Shown here piece by piece: positions 29,047-38,591 of a stretch of 64,000 nt of DNA. Location of the stretch: the NCBI GenBank assembly GCA_963974105.1, contig CAXBBG010000001.1:706793-770792 (forward strand), in the 5' to 3' direction. This DNA comes from an uncultured Magnetococcales bacterium. Its GTDB lineage: Bacteria > Pseudomonadota > Alphaproteobacteria > UBA2136. The notes beneath the pieces are model-generated. The model saw only the letters and a list, made by a program, of their open reading frames with translations, made no database searches and was not told the origin of the DNA. Both the position numbers and the translations under genes were made by a program. Within the stretch, counting starts at the first letter, position 1; each line of letters starts with the position of its first letter.

Positions 29047-32000
29047 ATGTTTGAAAACAAGATGTTAGGGGTGTATTTTCTATGTGGCGTTAGCATGCTA
29101 GCGCTTTCACCTATGTCTTCTGTTTATGCCAACCCAGCAGGTGGTGTTATTTCGGGTGGTGCTGCCACTATAACATCCAATGCAAATAAACTAGATATTC
29201 ACCAACAAACAAACCGAGCTGTCATTGACTGGCGCAGCTTTGATATTGACGTTGGTGAACATACAGAATTTCACCAACCTTCTTCAAGTGCCATTGCTTT
29301 AAACCGTGTGAACAGTGTTGACCCTTCCCAAATAATGGGTAAATTAAGTGCCAATGGTAATGTTGTTCTCATCAACCCAAATGGTTTGTTTTTTGGCGCA
29401 AGTTCACGTATTGACGTAAACGGCCTACTTGCAACTACTGTTGATATTGATACAGACGACTTTATGAATGGGAGCATGCATTTTAACAAGCCAGGTAAAT
29501 CTGGTGCTGGCATTATAAACCAAGGGCTTATTACAGCAAAAGAAGCTGGGTTAGTCGGTCTCGTTGCGCCAAATGTTATAAATAGCGGTATTATAGAAGC
29601 GAAGTACGGGCAGGTACATCTTTCATCAGCTGATAGTATGGTTGTGGATTTTTATGGAGACGGTTTATATCAACTTAAAGTAAGCGACGCAGTTAAATCG
29701 CAAATTGTTCAAAATACAGGTACGCTTATTTCTGAAGGCGGCGTTATTGCTATCACCGCAGCTTCAGGTAAGGACATTGTTAATAGCCTTATCCACATTG
29801 AAGGTGAAGTTTTAGCGCCAACCATTACTCAAAAAGAAGGTCGTATTATTATTGCGGCGGCAGGTTCTAACGCTGTAGAAGGTAACATAACTGCAAGCAA
29901 AGGTGTTAAAAACGGTAAGTCTACCGTTGTTTTATCAAAAGCTTACATAGACGCTTCTGGAGATGAAACAGGCGAAAAAGGTGGTGTGGTGGAAATTACA
30001 GCCGACCAAATATTTTTAACAGATAATTCAGTTCTTAATACAAACGGGCATTCAGTTGAAAATTATAACGAAGCCGCTATAGGAACAGCTACAATGACTG
30101 CAAGCAAAGAAGTGCGCAGTGCCGATGAATTTCTAGCCCATGAAAACCGTGTGGGAGGTAGCATTAAAATAGGTGGCGACTATCTTGGTAAAGGTGACAC
30201 AGCAGCGGCTGAATATGTCTATGTTTCACATGACAGTTACATTATTAATGATACCATTCAAAGTGGTGACGCTGGGCGCACAATTGTTTGGGCCGATAAC
30301 ACCACTGAATTTAGCGGTAACGTCTTTGCCCGTGGTGGTTTAAAAGGAGGTCACGGTGGTTTCCTTGAAACTTCTGGTAAAATCAATTTACTGGCAGGGG
30401 GCTATGCTGACCTTCAGGCAAAAAGTGGATTTAAACAAGGTACATATTTATTAGACCCTTCCGTTATTAATATTTACGGTAACATTGACTCAGCTTTTAC
30501 AACTTCAAACCTTATTAACCACTGGGACTTTGAAGAGGGTTCAGGCGCAACAGTAACTGATCAAATAGGCAGCGATGACGGCGCAATAACGGGTGCCGTA
30601 TATAATGCCGACACACCAAGTATCCTTATGCCAACAAGTAATGACTACAGTCTAGATTTTTCAAATGACACCGTGAATTTTGGTGACATTAACGCCATAG
30701 AACTAGCACCTGTAACTGTTTCATTCTGGGCAAAATCAGACACAACAAATGCAGACCAAGGATTCTTATACAAAGGGATTCATAGTACAAACCAACCACT
30801 GCTTATCTGGCGTGATAATGCTGTAGGTTCTGGTCAACAAGCTGGTAACAGTAATGCCATTTCAGTGCTTGTTTATGACGGCGCAACTCAGGATTGGGTT
30901 TCGACACCAACAAATAGCTTTAATGACACAGACTGGCACCATGTAGCTGCAACACTTGACCCTGTAACAAACAACCAAATAGAAATATTTATTGATGGTG
31001 TCTCAATGCAAACAGGTGCAATGGCAAGCAATGGTATTAGAGCTAACGCAAATAACTTAACAATGGGTAAAGCAACGTCAGGCGGTACAGGTTTAACAGG
31101 TCACATGGACGATATGCGTATTTACAATACAGTACTTGATGCTAAAAACATTGAAGAATTAAGCGGTAATGCCTTTACGGTAAAAGGTTTAGAGCTGATG
31201 TCGCAAACAGCAGATATTATCCTGCAAGCTGATAATACTATCAACCTTGACTTTGACGGCGAGCAATTAGACCTAGCCAATGATAAGAGTATTACCTTGC
31301 AAACAATAAATGGCAACATTACAGACAATTCAGCTGGCACTATACGCACCAATAGAACGGGTGCGGGTGGTAACATCACAATGACTGCTGGTGGTTCTGG
31401 TAGCATTAACCTTGATACGACTAACTTAGAAGCATTAAGTGGCGGTGTTGTTAATCTTTCTGCTGGTGGTAATGTTAACCTTAAGCAAGTAAGCGCTTTA
31501 AACCTTAATAGCGTAACAGGTAATACTGTAACCATACAAACGACAGGTTCAACTGCCGATATAACGCTTAATAATACAATTACAGCTAGCAATAGTGGTA
31601 ACGCCATAATTATGGCTTCAGGTGATGATTTTATTAACAATGTCGGTGCAACTGTATTGAATACGACTGACATGAATGGTAGATGGTTGGTTTATAGCGA
31701 GACACCAACGGCTAATACTCGTAACAGCTTATTACCAGACTCAAGTGACTATGGTTTTACCTATGCGACACTTGCACCAGGGGCTGTTACGGCAGGTAAC
31801 CACTTTATCTATTCAAACGCGACTAGGCCAACCCTTACATATACTGTAAATGATAGTAGCCTCGAATATGGAGATACCTATGGTGGCTCATCAATAAGTT
31901 CTGTTTCTGGTCTATTAACAGGTGATACATTGGCGAACATTGGCTTAACAGGCTCGAACTTTTTCACAACCACCTATACAGCAGGTGATAATGCCGGCGT

Positions 32001-32619
32001 CCATTCAAATGTATTAACATCAACAGCTGGCACATTGGCGAACCAACTTGGTTACTCATATGCCTTCAATGCTGGCGACTTAACAGTTAACAAAGCCGAC
32101 TTAACAGTAACACTTATTGACAATGCACCAACAAAGGTAGAGGGCAATGTCAATCCAATTTTTGACCTTTCGTATACAGGCTTCAAGCTTGCTGACAACG
32201 CATCAGTTGTTGATACAATTAATGTGACAACACTGGCCGATACATCAAGCGGTGCGGGGGTATACAATATTGATATTGCAGGTAGTGATAACAACTACAA
32301 CCTACTTATAACAAATCCATCAGGTAAATTAACTGTCACCGCCAAGCCTGCAAGTAGTATACCTACGAAAGCTCAGATTTCAGCAAAACCTACAATAAGC
32401 GTTATTAATACCGCTACCAATAAGTCTATAAACAACTCAAATATAAACGTTCAATACAACGGTGCTAATAATTTATATGAAGAGGCAACTATTCTTGATG
32501 GGCTTATAAACATACATCCACGTGTTGCAGCCTTGTTCAAATTAAAGGGAGCAGACACACAAGTGACAACTGGTGACAGTAGGTGGAAACGTGACACCGT
32601 ATTACGTGGGCTTGAATAA
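29047..32619 (+). CDS. TpsA exoprotein with an N-terminal TPS domain, an internal LamG-like domain and a C-terminal MBG-like repeat
   Basis: TPS domain (NPAGGVISGGAATIT…IDWRSFDIDVGEHTEF…ANGNVVLINPNGLFFG). LamG-like segment (DWHHVAATLD…IFIDGVSMQTG…DDMRIYNTVL). MBG-like segment (YGDTYGG…GDLTVNKADLTVT). Confidence 0.85.
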   Translation: MFENKMLGVYFLCGVSMLALSPMSSVYANPAGGVISGGAATITSNANKLDIHQQTNRAVIDWRSFDIDVGEHTEFHQPSSSAIALNRVNSVDPSQIMGKLSANGNVVLINPNGLFFGASSRIDVNGLLATTVDIDTDDFMNGSMHFNKPGKSGAGIINQGLITAKEAGLVGLVAPNVINSGIIEAKYGQVHLSSADSMVVDFYGDGLYQLKVSDAVKSQIVQNTGTLISEGGVIAITAASGKDIVNSLIHIEGEVLAPTITQKEGRIIIAAAGSNAVEGNITASKGVKNGKSTVVLSKAYIDASGDETGEKGGVVEITADQIFLTDNSVLNTNGHSVENYNEAAIGTATMTASKEVRSADEFLAHENRVGGSIKIGGDYLGKGDTAAAEYVYVSHDSYIINDTIQSGDAGRTIVWADNTTEFSGNVFARGGLKGGHGGFLETSGKINLLAGGYADLQAKSGFKQGTYLLDPSVINIYGNIDSAFTTSNLINHWDFEEGSGATVTDQIGSDDGAITGAVYNADTPSILMPTSNDYSLDFSNDTVNFGDINAIELAPVTVSFWAKSDTTNADQGFLYKGIHSTNQPLLIWRDNAVGSGQQAGNSNAISVLVYDGATQDWVSTPTNSFNDTDWHHVAATLDPVTNNQIEIFIDGVSMQTGAMASNGIRANANNLTMGKATSGGTGLTGHMDDMRIYNTVLDAKNIEELSGNAFTVKGLELMSQTADIILQADNTINLDFDGEQLDLANDKSITLQTINGNITDNSAGTIRTNRTGAGGNITMTAGGSGSINLDTTNLEALSGGVVNLSAGGNVNLKQVSALNLNSVTGNTVTIQTTGSTADITLNNTITASNSGNAIIMASGDDFINNVGATVLNTTDMNGRWLVYSETPTANTRNSLLPDSSDYGFTYATLAPGAVTAGNHFIYSNATRPTLTYTVNDSSLEYGDTYGGSSISSVSGLLTGDTLANIGLTGSNFFTTTYTAGDNAGVHSNVLTSTAGTLANQLGYSYAFNAGDLTVNKADLTVTLIDNAPTKVEGNVNPIFDLSYTGFKLADNASVVDTINVTTLADTSSGAGVYNIDIAGSDNNYNLLITNPSGKLTVTAKPASSIPTKAQISAKPTISVINTATNKSINNSNINVQYNGANNLYEEATILDGLINIHPRVAALFKLKGADTQVTTGDSRWKRDTVLRGLE

Positions 32620-32801
32620 CTTTCAAAGTCAATTTCAACAAATATATACCCTGCCTCCTTATTCTGAGACCAAAAAAGAAATTAGTCTTTTGAGGCTGAA
32701 GATCAGAAGGGTGATTATTAATATAATTCCAAATGACTTTGGGTTGAAATTCACACCATAAAACCCCATAAAATTATAACACTAAAATTAAAGGCGCTAA
32801 G

Positions 32802-33206
32802 ATGGCGGCAAGACCTATGGTTAAGCCGCTTGCTAAAGTGACGAAGGGTGTGCGTGTAAAAGTTACTACAGTAAAACGTAATAAGTTGGTTGACTCTGTT
32901 AAGTTTGAGCCTAAGCAAATTCAAGCTAAATATAAACATAGCTCTAAAGCTTATGGTTTGGAAGGCAATTATAATAAAGCTAACGCTGCCAAGTTTGAAT
33001 CCTCTATTAAAAGTCATATGAAGAACCTTGATACAAAGGTTATAAAAGGCACGTATCTTAAAAAACCTGCAAAACACTTTTGCAATAAGGAAACAAATGT
33101 TAATGCTGTGACGAAAGAAGGTAAGTTTGTGACTACAAATAAACCTACTGAAAAACAAGTGATGCATTTATTAAAAAGTGGAAATTTAGGTGGAGGTTCA
33201 AATTGA
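32802..33206 (+). CDS. small lysine-rich basic hypothetical protein, candidate toxin
   Basis: 134 aa and very K-rich. RBS AAAGG upstream. Its stop overlaps the next ORF's start by 4 nt (ATGA). Confidence 0.4.
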   Translation: MAARPMVKPLAKVTKGVRVKVTTVKRNKLVDSVKFEPKQIQAKYKHSSKAYGLEGNYNKANAAKFESSIKSHMKNLDTKVIKGTYLKKPAKHFCNKETNVNAVTKEGKFVTTNKPTEKQVMHLLKSGNLGGGSN

Positions 33207-33517
33207 TGGATAAAAAAGCTCTTGAGTTGATATATTTGATAGAGGAAACTCTCACTGGGAAAATGAGACCTAATGACCTTCATGATAAGTTTTGGTCAGA
33301 TTTTTGGCCTAATACTAAAAATGATTGGCCAAACAAATCCTCGGAGGAAATTCAACAGCTAATAGCGTTAGATATTTTTGACGCCTTTGAGTGCTTTGAT
33401 GGTGAACATGCTATAACTGAAGCCAATGATGTACCATATGAACTAACAGAGGATGAATTCCTGAAAAAATGTAAAGAATTCCTGCCTAAGTTAAAAAAAG
33501 CCGTTAAGAAAATATGA
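33203..33517 (+). CDS. small acidic hypothetical protein, candidate immunity partner
   Basis: 104 aa and rich in D/E/W. Translationally coupled to 32802..33206. A terminator follows. Confidence 0.45.
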   Translation: MMDKKALELIYLIEETLTGKMRPNDLHDKFWSDFWPNTKNDWPNKSSEEIQQLIALDIFDAFECFDGEHAITEANDVPYELTEDEFLKKCKEFLPKLKKAVKKI

Positions 33518-33527
33518 CGAACTAAAA

Positions 33528-33552
33528 GCACCTCTTCGGAGGTGTTTTTTTT
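33528..33552 (+). terminator. Rho-independent terminator
   Basis: GCACCTC-TTCG-GAGGTGT hairpin followed by a T8 run. Confidence 0.55.
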
Positions 33553-33676
33553 ACTAAATTTTGGCAACACACAGTTAATAATTTGTTTCAACTCCTGTCT
33601 AAGTGGAGCCTTGATTATGAAAACCCGATTAACAGAACACCGCCTATGCGAAGTAAGTAGGTTTTTTTGTGTGAAT

Positions 33677-34930
33677 TTACCTCACCACCAGCAACTCATC
33701 CCAACAACTGGTATAAGCAGGGCTTTGGTGCTGGCACAGGTTGCGCCATTTGCCGTTGGGGTTGGAAATGCCGAAGCGTAAGGTGTGTTTACCCATGGCG
33801 CTGTTAAGTTTGTCGATAGCGCCCATTAAGCTTTCACTGCGCTTGTTATCAACCACGCTGAATAAACTTGGCTGGTGCGTGCCTTGCTCTTGAATGCCGT
33901 GGAGGCATATGCCCGCTTTTTTGAACTCTACACCCGCTTTGAATATCTCATTGATGCCCTTTATGGCGGCTTTGGTTAGCACGGCGGTGTCACTTGTTGG
34001 GTCATCTAGGGTGATAACTGTAGAGTTTGCGTAATATTCACCTTTAAAGGGGCTAGAGCCTGCGTAAACTGTTATCATGCGTGCTTCTGTGCTTTCGCCC
34101 CGAAGTTTTTCTGCGCCTATGGCGGTGAATGTGCCAACGGCTTCTTTCAGGGTTTTAATATCGCTTACTGGGTTACCAAAAGAACGAGAGCTGATAATCT
34201 GTTTACGGTGTTCTGGCTCTTCACCAAAACTGTAGCAAGGCGTACCTTGTAACTCTAAAACCGTTTTTTCCGATACCACGCTTGTAATGTCACGCACTTG
34301 GGCAGGGTTGCACTGTGATAACTTCCACGCCGTGTTTAGTCCTAAACCTGTAAACTTTTCATTTAAGCACCTGCCAACACCCCACACGTCACCCACATCC
34401 ATACGCTGAAGGACAGAGCGCCTTGCTTGCAAGCTATCCATCAAATAGACACCTTCGGCTTGTTCGTATTTCTTCGCTATATTTGAAGATGCCTTGGCGA
34501 GCGTTTTCGTTGGTGCAATACCGATAGATACAGGAATACCCGTCCATTGTTCAACTTGTTTTCTTATACGCTGACAAAGTGGTTTTAGTTCATGTTCTGG
34601 AATGCCAGAAAGGTCTAGAAAAGCTTCATCCACTGAGTAAACCTCAATAGCAGGGGCCATGTCACGCAAAACGCTCATCACACGACGGCTCATCTCCCCA
34701 TAAAAGGATAAATTACCGCTGATACATTCGACATTATGTTCCGCCACCAGCTTTTTCATTTTAAAAACAGGCGCACCCATTTTAATGCCCAGCGCTTTCG
34801 CTTCGTTAGAGCGAGCCACAGCACAACCATCATTCGATGACAGCACAATAACAGGGCGGTTATTCAGGCTTGGCCTAAACACCCGCTCACAGGATACAAA
34901 AAAATTGTTACAGTCGACTAAGGCGTACAT
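33677..34930 (-). CDS. umuC: Y-family translesion DNA polymerase UmuC
   Basis: The N-terminus MYALVDCNNFFVSCERVFRP…VVLSSNDGCAVARSNEAKALGIKMG is colinear with E. coli UmuC (MFALCDVNAFYASCETVFRP…). Full length, 417 aa. Confidence 0.9.
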   Translation of the reverse strand: MYALVDCNNFFVSCERVFRPSLNNRPVIVLSSNDGCAVARSNEAKALGIKMGAPVFKMKKLVAEHNVECISGNLSFYGEMSRRVMSVLRDMAPAIEVYSVDEAFLDLSGIPEHELKPLCQRIRKQVEQWTGIPVSIGIAPTKTLAKASSNIAKKYEQAEGVYLMDSLQARRSVLQRMDVGDVWGVGRCLNEKFTGLGLNTAWKLSQCNPAQVRDITSVVSEKTVLELQGTPCYSFGEEPEHRKQIISSRSFGNPVSDIKTLKEAVGTFTAIGAEKLRGESTEARMITVYAGSSPFKGEYYANSTVITLDDPTSDTAVLTKAAIKGINEIFKAGVEFKKAGICLHGIQEQGTHQPSLFSVVDNKRSESLMGAIDKLNSAMGKHTLRFGISNPNGKWRNLCQHQSPAYTSCWDELLVVR

Positions 34931-35670
34931 GGATATATTATAATAGGCTTACTATCACTCAATGGAAATGCTGTTACAAAAACTTCTGGAAAGTCAGATA
35001 GGTCCTTCAAGTGTTCTTGTATTAAAGATGAAATTTCATGATCATCTATGCACAGTTTTATTACACCCATAGCATTGTCGTTACAATAAACAATGAGCCT
35101 CACATCATCAGGGTAACCTTTAGCTGATTTCTTTTTATAAGCGCCTTTAAATCGTTGAAAGGCCATATCATCCAAGTCATAATTTGAATTTGCTATGTGT
35201 GCATGTTCCCACGATGATTCTAACTCCAAACTCACACGCTTAAAGTGCTTGATAGACCCTGTACATGAAACATGCCTATGCAATGAAAACTTAAGCATTC
35301 TGAGTCTCGCATCTGTTCCATCAACAGTGCTCACTATTTGATAACCTTTGCCACCAATGTAAATATCAGCTCCATTTTCATCATTTTGATTGATTTGAAA
35401 AATAGCATATTGCTTTTCTAAAGCAATAGAATAGACAGCCTCAAGTTCCTCAAACCATTGCTCTCTTTTGCTAAAATCCCCTGACTGGAAGTATTCATGA
35501 CGTCTATAGGCACTTTCAAACACAGAATTGCGTATTTCATAACCTTTCATCAAGAATTCACACAAATCTTTACCAGTGAACTTTTTCAGCAAATTCTCTT
35601 CGGAAAAATGCTTTTCTAAATCATCAAAAGTGAACACGAGCCTAAACCCCTTTAATAATATTAGTGACAA
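34918..35670 (-). CDS. hypothetical protein encoded between umuD and umuC
   Basis: 250-aa ORF on the same strand. It overlaps the umuD stop by ~29 nt using a TTG start, and overlaps the umuC start by 13 nt. An internal ATG (M41) is an alternative start. No motif I recognise. Confidence 0.55.
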   Translation of the reverse strand: MSLILLKGFRLVFTFDDLEKHFSEENLLKKFTGKDLCEFLMKGYEIRNSVFESAYRRHEYFQSGDFSKREQWFEELEAVYSIALEKQYAIFQINQNDENGADIYIGGKGYQIVSTVDGTDARLRMLKFSLHRHVSCTGSIKHFKRVSLELESSWEHAHIANSNYDLDDMAFQRFKGAYKKKSAKGYPDDVRLIVYCNDNAMGVIKLCIDDHEISSLIQEHLKDLSDFPEVFVTAFPLSDSKPIIIYPCTP

Positions 35671-36199
35671 CGCCCCACATGCCTAGCTCTTCACCTTCGG
35701 TAAGTTCTATGTTGGGAATGTCGTCATTTTCTGCTATGAGCGTTACACGGCCACCGAAACGCTCATAGCGCTTAACTGTTAGGTCCCCATCAACGACAGC
35801 TATGATGATTTTGCCGTTTTTAACTTCTAAGCTTCTATCAACAATTAACAGGTCACCATCGTCGATACCCGCGTTAATCATCGACTTACCACTTGCGCGC
35901 ACGAAGAACGTCGCCGCAGGGTGCTTTATGAGGTGTTCGTTGAGGTCGAGTTTTCTGTCCACATGGTCACTCACCCCGAAAGGTGTACCTGCTGAAACCG
36001 TTCCCTGCATTAAAGGAATATTATAATCAGCCTTACCCGCAAGGAATGACTTTACATCATCCACCTTATGTTCAGGCACGCGCATAACCTTGGTTGCACT
36101 ACCGTACTGCCCCGTCCCCTTCGGGCGACCTGCACCCATTCTTTTTCCACCGTGATTTTTCATAACTTGATTATTGTTACATTTAATTGAAATTATCAA
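35642..36199 (-). CDS. umuD: UmuD-like S24 peptidase with an N-terminal basic AT-hook-like extension
   Basis: The C-terminal domain is colinear with E. coli UmuD ([40 protein letters not shown] vs [40 protein letters not shown]), with the Ser and Lys catalytic dyad present. The N-terminus carries [14 protein letters not shown]. Confidence 0.85.
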   Translation of the reverse strand: [185 protein letters not shown]

Positions 36200-36711
36200 G
36201 ATAATTTTTATTAAGTGCGTAAATTAATATTGAATATATTCCCAGAAGCTTATATTTCTAGTAAATTTTATTAAAAAATTTGCAACTGTAGTGAAGGGCT
36301 ACAATGTATATGATCAACAAATACAAATAGATGTACTATTTTTTAAATAGAACACTACCATGAAAAACGAGGCGTATAACAACAGGGCTGAACAGCATGC
36401 TATATCCATTCAAGAAGTGCTCGTAAAACCATTTATTTTTGAATATAGGGAAATTATCATTGGCGCATCTGTCAGTATTACGTTGATGATAACTTATTTT
36501 GCTGTGTAGTTGTAGTTAGTTTAAATGAGAGTATAATACTTTATATATTAAATATTATGTATTACATGATAAGGCATTGTATCTTGTTAAAAGTGGTGGC
36601 CGTTAGGATGCATTTATCATGGCTGGTATATGGTCGAAATATAAGGTAACTTTCTTTAAAGCAGGAGGGTTGATAAAATTTTGAATTAATTAAAAGGATG
36701 CATGAAATTGT

Positions 36712-38385
36712 ATGTCACACTTTACGCCTAAATTATGGACTTTCATAAAAAACGGATATTCAAAAGAACTGTTACGTGCCGATGGTATTGCGGGGTTAAC
36801 TGTTGCTATTATTGCACTTCCATTGGCAATGGCCATTGCTATTGCCAGTGGTACTTCACCTGAAAAGGGTTTGATTACAGCTGTTATCGGTGGTTTCTTT
36901 ATATCTACTTTTGGTGGGTCGAGGTTTCAGATTGGTGGGCCTACAGGAGCGTTTATTGTTGTCGTTTATAATGTCATATTAAATCATGGATATGATGGGC
37001 TGATTCTTGCCACTTTAATTGCAGGTTTTATATTGTTAATTGCAGGCTATAGTAAGCTTGGTCAGGTTATTAAATATGTGCCTTATTGTGTTATTACAGG
37101 TTTTACTGCAGGGATAGCTGTTATCATTGCATCCTCCCAGGTAAAAGATTTTTTAGGGTTACACCTTGAAGAGGCGCCCGTTAATTTTATTCTTAGATGG
37201 CAGGCATATTTTATGTCGTGGGATACGCTTAATATAAGTGCTTTTTTCGTCGGAATAGCAGCCTTGCTTGTTATCATTGTATTGAAAAAATTTAAGCCTA
37301 AAATGCCTGGCTATTTAATTGCTATTATTATTTGCAGTTTGCTTGTTTCTCTGTTCCAGATTCCTGTTGAGACAATAGGAACAACGTTTCCTGAAATGTC
37401 TACAGGTTTATCAATGCCGCCCTTACCTGTATGGAACTTTGAGAAGATATTAAGTATTATACCCTCTGCCTTTACAATTGCTTTTTTGGCTGGGATAGAA
37501 TCGCTTCTATCTGCTGTAGTGGCTGATGGGATGGTGGGTACTAAGCACCGCCCAAATCAGGAACTTGTAGGGCAGGGTGTTGCTAATATTGCATCGTCAT
37601 TATTTGGTGGAATACCTGTTACGGGCGCAATTGCACGTACAGCAACAAATATTAAAGCGGGTGGGAAAACACCAATGGCGGGTATATTTCATGCCTTCTT
37701 TGTACTTTTGTTTGTGTTGTTTGCGATAAATGTTATGGCCTATATTCCGATGGCAGCCTTGGCGGCTATATTATTTGTTGTAGCATGGAGCATGAGTGAG
37801 GTGCACCACTTTACACATATTTTACGTTTACCAAGCTCTAGCCGAATTGTTATGCTGCTGACTTTTTTCTTAACTATTTTTGTAGATTTAACAGTCGCCA
37901 TTGGCGTTGGTGTTACGTTTGCTTCTCTCTTGTTTATGAAAAATATGACTCAGCTGGTTGATATTAAATCTGAAGGTCGCCGTGGGGAAAACACGTCTGA
38001 AAGTCAACTTTCAGGTGATTCGTTGGGAAATGATGCCCTCCTTGACGATGTCGAGGTTTTTCGTATTATGGGGCCATTGTTCTTCGGTGTTGCAGGTGAC
38101 TTTTTGGATATGCTTAAATCTATAGGCGAAGATCCTAAGGTGTTTATTTTACGGTTACGTTTGGTTCCTTATTTAGATGCAACGGGTACCTTGGCTATAG
38201 AAAATATTGTTAAACACTGCCACGAAAAAAATATATTTGTTATTTTAAGTGGTGTGCAAGAACAGCCTAAAAAAATGTTAGAAAAGACAGGGGTTATTAT
38301 CACTTCTAATCAGGTGTTTTATAGTCCTAACTATAAAGCGTCCTTAAAATTAGCTAAGAATTTAATGACCAAGGATTATAATTGA
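36712..38385 (+). CDS. SulP-family anion (sulfate) permease with a C-terminal STAS domain
   Basis: Polytopic SulP core followed by a STAS-like C-terminal ~130 aa. Confidence 0.85.
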   Translation: MSHFTPKLWTFIKNGYSKELLRADGIAGLTVAIIALPLAMAIAIASGTSPEKGLITAVIGGFFISTFGGSRFQIGGPTGAFIVVVYNVILNHGYDGLILATLIAGFILLIAGYSKLGQVIKYVPYCVITGFTAGIAVIIASSQVKDFLGLHLEEAPVNFILRWQAYFMSWDTLNISAFFVGIAALLVIIVLKKFKPKMPGYLIAIIICSLLVSLFQIPVETIGTTFPEMSTGLSMPPLPVWNFEKILSIIPSAFTIAFLAGIESLLSAVVADGMVGTKHRPNQELVGQGVANIASSLFGGIPVTGAIARTATNIKAGGKTPMAGIFHAFFVLLFVLFAINVMAYIPMAALAAILFVVAWSMSEVHHFTHILRLPSSSRIVMLLTFFLTIFVDLTVAIGVGVTFASLLFMKNMTQLVDIKSEGRRGENTSESQLSGDSLGNDALLDDVEVFRIMGPLFFGVAGDFLDMLKSIGEDPKVFILRLRLVPYLDATGTLAIENIVKHCHEKNIFVILSGVQEQPKKMLEKTGVIITSNQVFYSPNYKASLKLAKNLMTKDYN

Positions 38386-38420
38386 TTTGTTTTTAGGACT
38401 GCGCCTACCTAACCCTCTGA

Positions 38421-38528
38421 TTACATGTAAGCTTCTCTAAGCTCTTTTACGGCAAAGTGTTCGCTGTTATTGGCAATATTAGGAATAGGAAATTCGGCTG
38501 GGTTAAAAATTCTACACAAAACAATCTG
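38421..38528 (-). pseudogene. arsH gene fragment, internal ~35 codons
   Basis: The minus-strand translation QIVLCRIFNPAEFPIPNIANNSEHFAVKELREAYM* aligns to ArsH residues …[31 protein letters not shown]… encoded at 25913..26644. About 60% identity by eye. DNA similarity is also visible. Confidence 0.6.
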
Positions 38529-38591
38529 TTTAATTAATTTACAATAATTTAATGTAGATATATTATATAAAGAAAAGAAGGTTATAAATTT

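Noticed and set aside
32573-32761. 62-aa ORF overlapping the TpsA stop. I considered it as evidence that TpsA is frameshifted and originally longer.
   Set aside because: No similarity to TPS or FHA repeat sequence and no RBS. The TpsA C-terminus looks like a natural end after the MBG-like repeat. No support for a frameshift.
33542-33781. 79-aa plus-strand ORF.
   Set aside because: Overlaps the 3' end of umuC on the opposite strand. The umuC reading frame is supported by homology to its very last residues.
36200-36360. Search for a LexA/SOS box (CTGT-N8-ACAG, GTTC-N7-GTTC or GAAC-N7-GTTC) upstream of umuD.
   Set aside because: Only partial matches (e.g. AACTGTAGTGAAGGGCTACAA, GAACACTACCATGAAAAAC). 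None had correct spacing on both half-sites, so no operator is claimed.
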